Shown in pieces: positions 8,758-16,991 of a stretch of 32,000 nucleotides of DNA. The DNA is taken from positions 1,630,064 to 1,662,063 of the forward strand of contig NZ_JHUX01000003.1 in assembly GCF_000619845.1 (NCBI RefSeq), read 5' to 3'. The DNA comes from Alkanindiges illinoisensis DSM 15370. Lineage in GTDB: Bacteria; Pseudomonadota; Gammaproteobacteria; Pseudomonadales; Moraxellaceae. Each line of letters begins with the position of its first letter. The first letter of the stretch is position 1. The notes beneath the pieces are model-generated. The model had not been told where the DNA came from, made no database searches, and was given only the letters and a program-made list of their open reading frames with translations. A program made the position numbers and the translations under genes.

Positions 8758-10539
8758 ATGCCAATTTATAACGCCCCTCTTGCAGACATGCGCTTTATTC
8801 TTAATGACGTGTTCCAGGCTGAACAGTTCTGGCAAAGCAATGCCGGTCTATCTCACATTGACAGCGCCACTGTTGATGCCATTCTGGAAGAAATGGCCAA
8901 GTTTGCCCAGAACGTGACCCTGCCGCTGAACCGCAGTGGTGATGAAGAAGGTGCGCGCATTGAAAATGGTCAGGTGTATACGCCAGCAGGCTTCAAGGAT
9001 GCATTCCGTCAATTTGCCGATGGCGGCTGGATTGGTCTGGGTGCCGATGAACAATGGGGCGGTCAGGGCATGCCAAAAATGCTGACTGTACTGACGGATG
9101 AAATGCTGTTTGCCACCAATCCGTCGTTCCAGCTCTATCCGCTGTTATCCATTGGCGCAGGTATGGCCTTAAACAGCTATGCGTCTGAAGAACAAAAACA
9201 AACCTATCTGCCAAAAATCTATAGTGGCGAATGGGGTGGCACCATGTGCCTGACTGAGCCACATGCCGGTACTGACCTTGGTATTATCAAGACTAAAGCC
9301 GTTGCCAACGATGATGGTTCTTACAGCATTACTGGCACCAAGATCTTTATTACCGGTGGTGATAATGACCTGTGCGAAAATATCATTCACTTGGTACTGG
9401 CCAAAACCCCGGATGCACCTGCTGGTTCGCGCGGGATTTCACTGTTTATCGTACCAAAATTTCTGGTCAATGAAGATGGCAGCGTGGGCGAGCGCAATCC
9501 GGTTGGCCCGGGTTCGATTGAACATAAAATGGGTATCAAGGCCTCTGCAACCTGTGTGATGAACTTTGACGGTGCCAAAGGCTATCTGGTTGGCAAGGAA
9601 AACGAAGGTTTGGCAGCCATGTTCGTGATGATGAACTACGAGCGCCTGTCTATGGGTATTCAGGGCATTGGTGCGTCTGAATATGCCTACCAGAATGCTG
9701 CCCAGTATGCCACTGACCGCCTGCAAGGCCGTAGTGCTACCGGTGCCAAGCAGCCTGAAAAAGTAGCTGACAGCATTCTGGTTCATCCGGATGTACGCCG
9801 CATGTTGCTTAACGTGCGTGCTACCAACGAAGCCTCACGCGCCTTTGCGGTGTATGTAGGCCAGCAACTGGACATGACCAAGTTCTGTGAAGATCAGGAC
9901 ACGGTTAAGAAAGCCAATGACCGGGTTGCCCTGCTGACCCCGGTGGCTAAAGCCTACCTGACCGATGTTGCCCTAAGCGCCACACTGGATGCGCAAATGG
10001 TCTTTGGTGGTCATGGCTATATCCGTGAATGGGGTATGGAACAGTGCGTGCGCGATCTGCGGATTGCCCAGATTTATGAAGGCACCAATGGCATACAGGC
10101 ACAGGATCTGATGGGCCGTAAAGTGGTGAAAAACGGCGGTGCATTTGTTGCCACCTATCTGGCAGAAATCCGCGAGTTTGCCAATACCCTGTCTGCCGAT
10201 CTGGATTTCATTAAGCAAGCAACCCTGAATTCTGCCGATAAACTGGAACAAGTCACCAAGCTGGTCATTGAAAATGCCCAGGGCAATCCTGATGAAATCA
10301 ATGCCGCTTCTGTGGATTACCTGCATGCCTTTGGTCTGGTGAGCTATGCGTATATGTTTGCCAAAATCAGTGCCGCAGCCAGCCAGAAGTCCGGTGAATT
10401 CTATGAGAGCAAGCTGAATCTGGCCAAGTACTTTGTGGCGCGTATGCTGCCAGAACTGGATTCCCGTATTGCCAAGATTCAGGCTGGTGGCGCACTGCTG
10501 ATGCAATTTAGCCCTGAATATTTCACTACCTATGCCTAA
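8758..10539 (+). CDS. Long-form acyl-CoA dehydrogenase, paralogue of 6734..8533
   Basis: 593 aa, roughly half identical by eye to the upstream gene over its full length (MPIYNAPLAD, GTMCLTEPHAGTDLG, ISLFIVPKF.VNEDGSVGERN, IYEGTNGIQAQD). Its own promoter region follows a terminator. Confidence 0.9.
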   Translation: MPIYNAPLADMRFILNDVFQAEQFWQSNAGLSHIDSATVDAILEEMAKFAQNVTLPLNRSGDEEGARIENGQVYTPAGFKDAFRQFADGGWIGLGADEQWGGQGMPKMLTVLTDEMLFATNPSFQLYPLLSIGAGMALNSYASEEQKQTYLPKIYSGEWGGTMCLTEPHAGTDLGIIKTKAVANDDGSYSITGTKIFITGGDNDLCENIIHLVLAKTPDAPAGSRGISLFIVPKFLVNEDGSVGERNPVGPGSIEHKMGIKASATCVMNFDGAKGYLVGKENEGLAAMFVMMNYERLSMGIQGIGASEYAYQNAAQYATDRLQGRSATGAKQPEKVADSILVHPDVRRMLLNVRATNEASRAFAVYVGQQLDMTKFCEDQDTVKKANDRVALLTPVAKAYLTDVALSATLDAQMVFGGHGYIREWGMEQCVRDLRIAQIYEGTNGIQAQDLMGRKVVKNGGAFVATYLAEIREFANTLSADLDFIKQATLNSADKLEQVTKLVIENAQGNPDEINAASVDYLHAFGLVSYAYMFAKISAAASQKSGEFYESKLNLAKYFVARMLPELDSRIAKIQAGGALLMQFSPEYFTTYA

Positions 10540-10612
10540 GCCTAGATAAGACTGATGGCTGGATTGCGATACATCCAGTGATTAAGCCTTGCTGTTAAAA
10601 TTGGTGTTAAGC

Positions 10613-10641
10613 AAAAAAGCCTACATGATGTAGGCTTTTTT
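10613..10641. terminator. Bidirectional Rho-independent terminator between convergent genes
   Basis: A6-GCCTAC (10619-10624), loop ATGAT, GTAGGC (10630-10635)-T6. Confidence 0.8.
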
Positions 10642-10672
10642 GTTGTGTGGATGGCGTTGTGAAAGTTTACGA

Positions 10673-11119
10673 TTACCAGATACGGGAAACACGATGGTTC
10701 CCTACAGAAACCTGAACAAAACGCCCGTTAATCCGTAGCCATTCATGGCCACGCGGTGGCGCACTCAGGCGATAGGCACGCCAGTCATGCACCACATAAC
10801 GCGGTGAATGATAGGCTACCGGTAAATACTCGCCTCGTCGCCACTGGTGATAGGCAGCATGACGCTGTGCTGCGCGATAACGTGCCCGTTGTTTTAACTG
10901 CTGCTTGACATGCTGCCGTTGTAATTCACGGTCATGTTGTACACGCTGTTCATGGCGATAGTCATGGCGGTGCTCATAACGCTGAGCGTGATTATTACTC
11001 CACGCACTGGCCGATGCACTGACCAGCATGAGTGAAGCAACCAGCATGCCCAGACCCAGCATCCTGTTTTGCATGCTGCCCGTTTTTATTGCTGTCATGT
11101 CCTTATTCAGAATTTTCAT
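10673..11119 (-). CDS. RcnB-family (PF11776-like) periplasmic protein with a His/Arg/Gln-rich linker
   Basis: AGGAG lies 9 nt upstream of the ATG and a signal peptide ends in ASASA-W. The C-terminal motif GEYLP...V.D....L.APPRGHEWLRINGRFVQV matches the RcnB/YohN pattern. The middle region is HAQRYEHRHDYRHEQRVQHDRELQRQH. Confidence 0.7.
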   Translation of the reverse strand: MKILNKDMTAIKTGSMQNRMLGLGMLVASLMLVSASASAWSNNHAQRYEHRHDYRHEQRVQHDRELQRQHVKQQLKQRARYRAAQRHAAYHQWRRGEYLPVAYHSPRYVVHDWRAYRLSAPPRGHEWLRINGRFVQVSVGNHRVSRIW

Positions 11120-11166
11120 GGCGTGATGCTCCTGCCCTGCTGTTTTTTATTAAAGTCTGGCTTTAT

Positions 11167-11568
11167 TTAGCGGCCACTGACGATCCGGATAATGTGATGA
11201 TTGACCACATTAACCAGTACATAATCACCTCTAATCTTAAACCATTGCTGGTTTTTACCCGGTGCTTGCAGGCCAGCGCCCTTATAGCGATAAACCTGAT
11301 ACCCTTTTGCGCGATACTGGTTTGGCAAAACATAGCCGGTTTTCCAGTGGGTATGCGGTGTAAAGTCCTTGCGATTATATTGGTCACGATGTGAATCATG
11401 GCTGACCTGAACCACCTTAACCGGACGATAATCTACTGCATGATGATCTTTAGCATGCTCATAGGCATGGTTGTTATGGTCATCATGGCTGGTGTAAGCA
11501 AAGGAATGGATTGAAACCACACTCAAGCCAATCATCATCAGGGTTTTTAAGGTTACTGTGTTTTTCAT
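11167..11568 (-). CDS. RcnB-family periplasmic protein with a His/Asp-rich linker (second tandem copy)
   Basis: The ATG at 11568 gives MKNTVTLKTLMMIGLSVVSIHSFA, a good signal peptide; the ORF track GTG start at 11583 is less likely. His-rich region SHDDHNNHAYEHAKDHHA...SHDSH. C-terminal motif GYVLP...APGKNQQWFKIRGDYVLV. Confidence 0.7.
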   Translation of the reverse strand: MKNTVTLKTLMMIGLSVVSIHSFAYTSHDDHNNHAYEHAKDHHAVDYRPVKVVQVSHDSHRDQYNRKDFTPHTHWKTGYVLPNQYRAKGYQVYRYKGAGLQAPGKNQQWFKIRGDYVLVNVVNHHIIRIVSGR

Positions 11569-11876
11569 GATCTGTTTGAACACTCATTGCTAGTGGCGCG
11601 AATCATCGCCATAGCTTTAATTTATTACTGGCTTGGGGAGAAACTGTGAATGAAGTTTTGCTGTTTAGCGCAGGTCTGAATATTCAAGCTGTAAATTCCC
11701 TTCATAATTTGTTACAACTGCGAATAAACGAATACTTTATGTGCAGGTGATCAAGCTCCATTAATGTACAAGCATGCATTGTGTTTGCATAAAATCTCTC
11801 TATCAAACTATTTATGGCATCTGTCTGCTGTGACAGGGCTACTACTTTTTCTGTAATCAATCGCTGATAAATCTCT

Positions 11877-13391
11877 ATGAAGCCTGATGATCCGTCCAGT
11901 GATACTGCGGTGCAAGCGGCACCATTTGCCCTGAACAATGTATTTTTTCATCTTAAAAAATCGGTTCAGTTGCAACTGATTGACCATGATGTTGACACCC
12001 AGCACCAAGATCAAATAGCGGCTTCAGTGCAAAGCGCCGAACTACAGTATGCGTTAAAAACCATGACACAAATGGTGCAGCATCAGGGCTGCCTTCGCAC
12101 TGTCAGGGGCATTGAGATACTGCCGGAATACCTGTTTGTTAAGCAGCTGGTTGAGCAGCAATTTCCAGTCATTTTTTTAACTGGCGGTGCAGGCACTGGC
12201 AAAAGTACCTTTATTAAATGGTTATGCCGTGAATATCGGGGCGAAGTCCTGCTGGGCGCGCCTACCGCCATGGCAGCCATTAATGTGGGTGGCCGTACCC
12301 TGCACTCCATGTTTCAGTTGCCACCAGCCTGGATTGTTAAGCAGGACATCAAGCCTGGTAAAAAACGTGAAATCAAGAAAGCCAAGCTGCTGATTATTGA
12401 TGAAATTTCCATGGTTACTGCCAACCTGCTGGATGGTATTAGCGCCTATTTGCGCCTTAATCGCGGCATTGACAAGCCATTTGGTGGCCTGACCGTCGTG
12501 ATGGTAGGTGACCTGTTCCAGTTACCGCCGGTGATTAGTGAAAAAACCCGCGACCTGTTTGAACAGGTGTATGGCAGCCCCAAATTTTACAATGCACGTA
12601 GTCTTAAAACTACCGATTACTGTGCCATTGAACTCACCCATACCTATCGGCAAACCCAGCAGGATTTTGTGCAATTGCTTTGCAATATCCGTGAAGGCCA
12701 TGATCTTGCTGATAGTATTGAACAGTTAAACCAGCGCTGCCTGATTACCAAAACTCCGCCGCAGGGTGCAGTATGGCTTTCCCCCAGAAACGCTGAAGTT
12801 GAACACAAGAATCAGGCTGAACTGACCCGTATTGATGCGTCTGAAGTGTGTTATAGCGGCGAGCTTGAAGGTGAATTCAAGGAAGACCGCCTGCCTTCTC
12901 CCCTACATTTGCGCCTTAAGGTTGGCGCACAGGTGATGTTTACCCAAAATGACACGCAGCGGCGCTGGTTGAATGGAACGGTTGGCCAGATTACTGCCTT
13001 GCATGATGATGAAATTATTGTAAGCCTGCAAAGTACTGGTGAAAAAGTAGACGTCGAACGGGTGGAATGGCCGGAATATCATTATCAGTGGAACGCGGCC
13101 AAACAGGAAATTGAGCGAATTGAAGTGGGCAGCTATACCCAGTTTCCATTGGTGCTGGCATGGGCCATGACGATTCATAAAAGCCAGGGACGTACCATTG
13201 ACAAGGTGCATCTGGAGCTGGGTAAGGGCGCGTTTGAAACTGGCCAGACCTATGTAGCGTTGAGCCGTTGCCGTACGCTGGAAGGCTTGTCTTTTTCGCG
13301 CAAACTTCACCTGAATGACATCCTGGTCGACACAGAATCAGTGAATTTCTATCGTCAGCTTCGTGAAGGAAATGTGTTAATTTCCTCATAA
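11877..13391 (+). CDS. PIF1/RecD-like superfamily-1 DNA helicase (AAA_30 + UvrD_C_2-like)
   Basis: Walker A GGAGTGKST, Walker B LLIIDEISMV, GDLFQLPPV, C-terminal MTIHKSQGRT and YVALSRCR. The first ~90 aa have no motif I recognise, there is no clear SD, and the start is uncertain. Confidence 0.8.
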   Translation: MKPDDPSSDTAVQAAPFALNNVFFHLKKSVQLQLIDHDVDTQHQDQIAASVQSAELQYALKTMTQMVQHQGCLRTVRGIEILPEYLFVKQLVEQQFPVIFLTGGAGTGKSTFIKWLCREYRGEVLLGAPTAMAAINVGGRTLHSMFQLPPAWIVKQDIKPGKKREIKKAKLLIIDEISMVTANLLDGISAYLRLNRGIDKPFGGLTVVMVGDLFQLPPVISEKTRDLFEQVYGSPKFYNARSLKTTDYCAIELTHTYRQTQQDFVQLLCNIREGHDLADSIEQLNQRCLITKTPPQGAVWLSPRNAEVEHKNQAELTRIDASEVCYSGELEGEFKEDRLPSPLHLRLKVGAQVMFTQNDTQRRWLNGTVGQITALHDDEIIVSLQSTGEKVDVERVEWPEYHYQWNAAKQEIERIEVGSYTQFPLVLAWAMTIHKSQGRTIDKVHLELGKGAFETGQTYVALSRCRTLEGLSFSRKLHLNDILVDTESVNFYRQLREGNVLISS

Positions 13392-13417
13392 TTTATGAAA
13401 AAACACGCTAAGAAATA

Positions 13418-13446
13418 TTGTTAATAATAATAATTATCACTACAAT
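13418..13446 (+). promoter_or_regulatory. Promoter with an overlapping Fur-box-like sequence for the TonB-dependent receptor
   Basis: -35 TTGTTA (13418-13423), a 17-nt spacer, then -10 TACAAT (13441-13446). The stretch AATAATAATAATTATCACT (13423-13441) matches the Fur consensus GATAATGATAATCATTATC at 13/19 positions. AT-rich context, so this is only moderately specific. Confidence 0.5.
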
Positions 13447-13496
13447 AGCCAACAATTTGTAACAAAGCACTTCTTTGGGTTTTTTGGAATAAACGT

Positions 13497-15782
13497 ATGA
13501 CACATATCGTTAGTCGCAAGAAAAATACGGCAAGACACAATAAAACTGTGCTTGTGTCCATGTTATCGCTAGCGGCCCTGCCTGCTATGGCTACTGCTGC
13601 CGAAACTGATGTATTACCGACCATTCAGGTTACTGCTGAGGGTTCTTCAGGCAACGATTCCTATAAAGTTGACAACGTTCAGTCTTCCAAATTTACTGCC
13701 CCGCTGCTGGACACGCCAAAATCGGTTGTGGTTATTCCCAAAAAAGTGCTTGAAGACACTCAGGCAACTACACTAAGCGATGCACTACGTACTGTTCCCG
13801 GCATTACGCTGGGTGCTGGTGAAGGCGGTAACCCGAATGGCGACCGTCCATTTATTCGCGGCTTTACCTCTGAAAGCTCAATTTATGTGGATGGCGTGCG
13901 CAATGCCACCTCACAAAACCGTGAAATGTTTGCAGTTGAACAGGTTGATGTGATCAAGGGTTCAAGCTCTACCATTGGTGGTGGTGGCTCAACTGGCGGT
14001 AGCATTAATCTGGTGACCAAGGTTGCTCATCAGGGTGATGCACTGGAAGGTACGGTATCAGGCGGCACTGATAACTATGCCCGCATTACTTTGGATGGTA
14101 ATAAAGATTTTGGCAACGGAGTTGCAGGCCGTGTAGCCGTATTGGGTCATCAAAATGAAAAAGCTGGCCAAACCGATGGCGCTGAATACAAGCGTGCCGG
14201 TATTGCCCCATCGATTGCGTTGGGCTTAGGCACGGAAAACCGTGCAGTTTTAAGCTACTATTACCTGAAAACTGATGATATGCCTGATTCGGGTGTACCT
14301 TATTGGGATGCAGCAACCAATACTGCAACAGGTAAACCGCTGCAAGCCAAACAAGGCATTTATTATGGCTGGAAAGATCGTGACTTTCAGCAGCAGGAAA
14401 ACCAGATTGGTACATTAAAGCTGGAACATGACTTTAATGACGAGCTAACCCTGGCCAATACAGCGGTATGGTCAAACTCTAAAAATGACTATGCCTGGAC
14501 CCAGCCGGATGACAGCAAGGGTAATATCGTTAATGGTCAGGTATGGCGCCGTGCCAACTCACGGATAACCGATACCGATACTTTTAATGACCAGTTGGCC
14601 CTGACCGGCAAATTTAATACGGGCATGCTAAAACACAGCTTTAATGCAGGTGCAGAATACAGCAAGCAGGAATCTGAGCGTGGCAGTTATACCGCTGCTT
14701 CAAATTCTGGCAAGCCGATTCTGGGTGCAGATGACACCAAGACACCTGTGAACGACAATGCCTGTGCCTTGGGTACGGGTGCTGCTTCCAATGGCTGGTG
14801 TACAGACCTAAACAATCCTAATCCACAGGATGTATGGAAAGATCGTCTGATTGCCAACAAGCGTGTCCTGCATATTGATACAGAAACCACAGGGATTTAC
14901 CTGCTGGATAATATTGAGTTAAATCCACAATGGTTAGTGGATTTGGGTGTTCGCTGGGATCAATTCAATACTGACATGCTGACCTATGCCAGTGGCGTCA
15001 AGTTTAGCAATGATAGTGATTTCTTTAACTATCAGGCGGGTTTAACCTACAAGCCAGCTAGCAACAGCAGCATTTATGCCAGTTACGCAACCTCTGCTAA
15101 TCCAGTAGGTGTGGATGCTGGTGACGGCTCCGAAAACATCAGTGCAGCCAACCAGAACCTGAAGCCTGAAGAAATCCGTACCATGGAAATTGGTACCAAA
15201 TGGGATTTTCTGGACCAGAAACTGAATGCTACAGCAGCCATTTTCCGTACTGAAAAAACCAATACCCGTGCCACCGATGTCAACGGCAATAGCCAGAATA
15301 TTGGGGAAACCCGTGTTGATGGTATAGAACTGGGCTTGAGCGGCAACATTACTGAGCAATGGGCAATCTTTGCTGGTTATAGCTATCTGGACAGTGAACT
15401 GGTAGATGGTGGCGCTATTAATCTGGGTACTACTGCAGCACCCAATTATGTCGCTGGTGCCTATAATGGCAATACGGTACCCAATGTTGCTAAAAATAGC
15501 GGCTCTTTGTGGACAACCTATAAGATACTGCCACAGTTAACATTAGGTGCAGGCGTATTTGGCATGGATAAGGTTTATGGCAATACGGCCAATACCAAAT
15601 ATGTGCCTGGTTATGCCCGCTACGATGCAATGGCACAATACATCGTTAACAAAAACGTCAACCTGCAGCTTAATGTCAACAACCTGTCAGACAAGCGCTA
15701 CTTCACTAAGGCCTATGCTTCTCATTATGCGACTGAAGCAGATGGCCGTAATGCCATTTTATCGCTGAACTTCAAGTACTAA
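13497..15782 (+). CDS. fiu: TonB-dependent catecholate siderophore receptor, Fiu/PiuA family
   Basis: 761 aa with signal peptide (..AMATA). Plug-domain motifs are present, the blocks are collinear with E. coli Fiu as I recall it (GVAPS.A.GLGT.NR, EIGTKW..LD..L..TAA.FRT, RV.G.E....GNIT..W), and the C-terminal beta-strand ends in an aromatic residue (LSLNFKY). Neighbouring piuC/ybiX-like gene as in fiu-ybiX. Confidence 0.85.
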   Translation: MTHIVSRKKNTARHNKTVLVSMLSLAALPAMATAAETDVLPTIQVTAEGSSGNDSYKVDNVQSSKFTAPLLDTPKSVVVIPKKVLEDTQATTLSDALRTVPGITLGAGEGGNPNGDRPFIRGFTSESSIYVDGVRNATSQNREMFAVEQVDVIKGSSSTIGGGGSTGGSINLVTKVAHQGDALEGTVSGGTDNYARITLDGNKDFGNGVAGRVAVLGHQNEKAGQTDGAEYKRAGIAPSIALGLGTENRAVLSYYYLKTDDMPDSGVPYWDAATNTATGKPLQAKQGIYYGWKDRDFQQQENQIGTLKLEHDFNDELTLANTAVWSNSKNDYAWTQPDDSKGNIVNGQVWRRANSRITDTDTFNDQLALTGKFNTGMLKHSFNAGAEYSKQESERGSYTAASNSGKPILGADDTKTPVNDNACALGTGAASNGWCTDLNNPNPQDVWKDRLIANKRVLHIDTETTGIYLLDNIELNPQWLVDLGVRWDQFNTDMLTYASGVKFSNDSDFFNYQAGLTYKPASNSSIYASYATSANPVGVDAGDGSENISAANQNLKPEEIRTMEIGTKWDFLDQKLNATAAIFRTEKTNTRATDVNGNSQNIGETRVDGIELGLSGNITEQWAIFAGYSYLDSELVDGGAINLGTTAAPNYVAGAYNGNTVPNVAKNSGSLWTTYKILPQLTLGAGVFGMDKVYGNTANTKYVPGYARYDAMAQYIVNKNVNLQLNVNNLSDKRYFTKAYASHYATEADGRNAILSLNFKY

Positions 15783-15846
15783 ACAGCAGAAAAATCCCAT
15801 AATTAATTTATGGGATTGCGCTATAATACCTAGCTACAATGTCTAA

Positions 15847-15876
15847 ATAGCCTCCGCTGCGAGGCTATTTTTATTT
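15847..15876 (+). terminator. Rho-independent terminator after the receptor gene
   Basis: ATAGCCTC (15847-15854), loop CGCTGC, GAGGCTAT (15861-15868), then TTTTATTT. A second AT-rich hairpin, AATCCCATAA/TTATGGGATT, lies at 15793-15817. Confidence 0.75.
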
Positions 15877-15956
15877 ATTCCCTTCATTTAGGATGAAGGC
15901 CTGCTGATCACGTTTTAACATTGTCATTCTTATTAGGGCTATCTGAGGGCGCAGTC

Positions 15957-16640
15957 TTGATTCATCATATTCCCAATGTCCTAACGCCAAAACAAGTCAA
16001 GGAATTTCGCCAGCGCATGGATCAGGCCGACTGGACCAATGGCAAGCTTACTGCCGGAACATTGTCTGCTGCGGTCAAGAAAAATCAGCAATTGCCAGAA
16101 GATTCACCCCTCACCCATTTTCTCAGTGAACAGGTTATTGCTGCGGTATGGAACCATCCGCTGTTTGTCTCGGCTGCACTGCCTCACCAGATCATTCCAC
16201 CACTGTTTAATCGCTATGAAGCCAGCGAATCATTTGGTTTTCATGTTGACAATGCCATTCGCCTGATTCGCGGCACCAACCAGCATATCCGTACCGACGT
16301 CTCCTGCACGCTGTTTTTAAGCGATCCCGACGACTATGACGGCGGTGAACTGGTGGTAGAAGACACCTATGGTTTCCATGAAATCAAGCTGCCCGCCGGC
16401 GACCTGATTTTATATCCGTCCACCAGCCTGCATCAGGTGACGCCAGTCACGCGTGGCTGCCGGGTTGCCTCGTTTTTCTGGGTACAAAGCATGATCCGTG
16501 ATGACAGCCAGCGCCACTTGCTGTTCAATCTGGATGAAAGCATTCAAAGCCTGCGCACGCAGCACGGAGACTTATATCCTGAAGTGATCAAGCTCACCAG
16601 CCTGTACCATAACCTGATCCGGATGTGGGCCGAGGTTTGA
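15957..16640 (+). CDS. piuC: Fe(II)/2-oxoglutarate-dependent dioxygenase, PiuC/YbiX (PKHD-type hydroxylase)
   Basis: Collinear with E. coli YbiX as recalled (HIP.VL...., FNRY......[58 protein letters not shown]). The likely start is TTG 15957 (M-IHHIPNVL), preceded by GAGGG at 15945-15949. The ORF track start 15921 adds 12 non-homologous residues. Confidence 0.85.
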   Translation: MIHHIPNVLTPKQVKEFRQRMDQADWTNGKLTAGTLSAAVKKNQQLPEDSPLTHFLSEQVIAAVWNHPLFVSAALPHQIIPPLFNRYEASESFGFHVDNAIRLIRGTNQHIRTDVSCTLFLSDPDDYDGGELVVEDTYGFHEIKLPAGDLILYPSTSLHQVTPVTRGCRVASFFWVQSMIRDDSQRHLLFNLDESIQSLRTQHGDLYPEVIKLTSLYHNLIRMWAEV

Positions 16641-16681
16641 CTGCTCATCAATGCCTCATATAAGAATATAGACATTGGCTA

Positions 16682-16709
16682 TTGACAGCTTGCTTAAAAC
16701 GCTTATTAT
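16682..16709 (+). promoter_or_regulatory. Near-consensus sigma70-type promoter upstream of the leuA leader
   Basis: TTGACA (16682-16687), 16-nt spacer, TATTAT (16704-16709). Confidence 0.5.
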
Positions 16710-16716
16710 CAGGGTT

Positions 16717-16812
16717 ATGAAAAATAACGCTGTATCTTTTGCCCCTTCTTTTTCAGGCCTGCTTAACCGCAATCTTGGCCTGCTGTTACTGCTGCGCCTT
16801 GCGCGCATATAA
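16717..16812 (+). CDS. Candidate leucine-rich leader peptide of leuA (31 codons: MKNNAVSFAPSFSGLLNRNLGLLLLLRLARI)
   Basis: ATG-to-TAA ORF in the 351-nt gap before leuA. It has 9 Leu codons, 5 of them consecutive (16780-16794). The SD is weak (AGGG 2 nt from the ATG). It is below the size cutoff of the ORF track, and I translated it by hand. Confidence 0.55.
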   Translation: MKNNAVSFAPSFSGLLNRNLGLLLLLRLARI

Positions 16813-16991
16813 TATTTTTCCTCGCCCCCTGTGTCGTCCAGACACCCGCTAAAAATCAGTATTGTGCTTTTATCAATCTTTTATGTGTTTAAAACTAAAG
16901 TGTACTGATTTTTAGCCAAGAATTTTTAATACTTTTCAAAATTTATTGATATCCATTTTAATATTCAGTCAGCCCAGTACTGACCGGGAGA

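Noticed and set aside
11032-11399. ORFs 11032..11394 (+) and 11163..11399 (-) overlapping the RcnB-like genes
   Set aside because: Both are alternative frames of, or antisense to, the two signal-peptide-bearing RcnB-like ORFs. Neither has a motif or an RBS.
11702-12014. Minus-strand ORFs of 78 aa and 68 aa upstream of, and overlapping, the helicase start
   Set aside because: The 78-aa ORF has a TTG start. Both overlap the 5' end of the helicase ORF, and neither has an SD or a recognisable motif. They are noted only because they bear on the helicase start-site uncertainty.
11877-13391. PIF1-like helicase as the core of an anti-phage defence system
   Set aside because: There is no adjacent nuclease, methyltransferase, ATPase partner, toxin or mobile-element hallmark. 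Both flanking genes are housekeeping or metal-uptake genes with their own promoters and terminators.
16793-16822. Small GC hairpin TGCGC-cttgc-GCGCA, followed by TATAATATTTTT, as the terminator of the putative leu attenuator
   Set aside because: It lies inside the leader ORF itself (codons 26-31 and the stop). A translating or terminating ribosome would occlude it in both the starved and the replete state. The stem is only 5 bp and the U-tract is interrupted.
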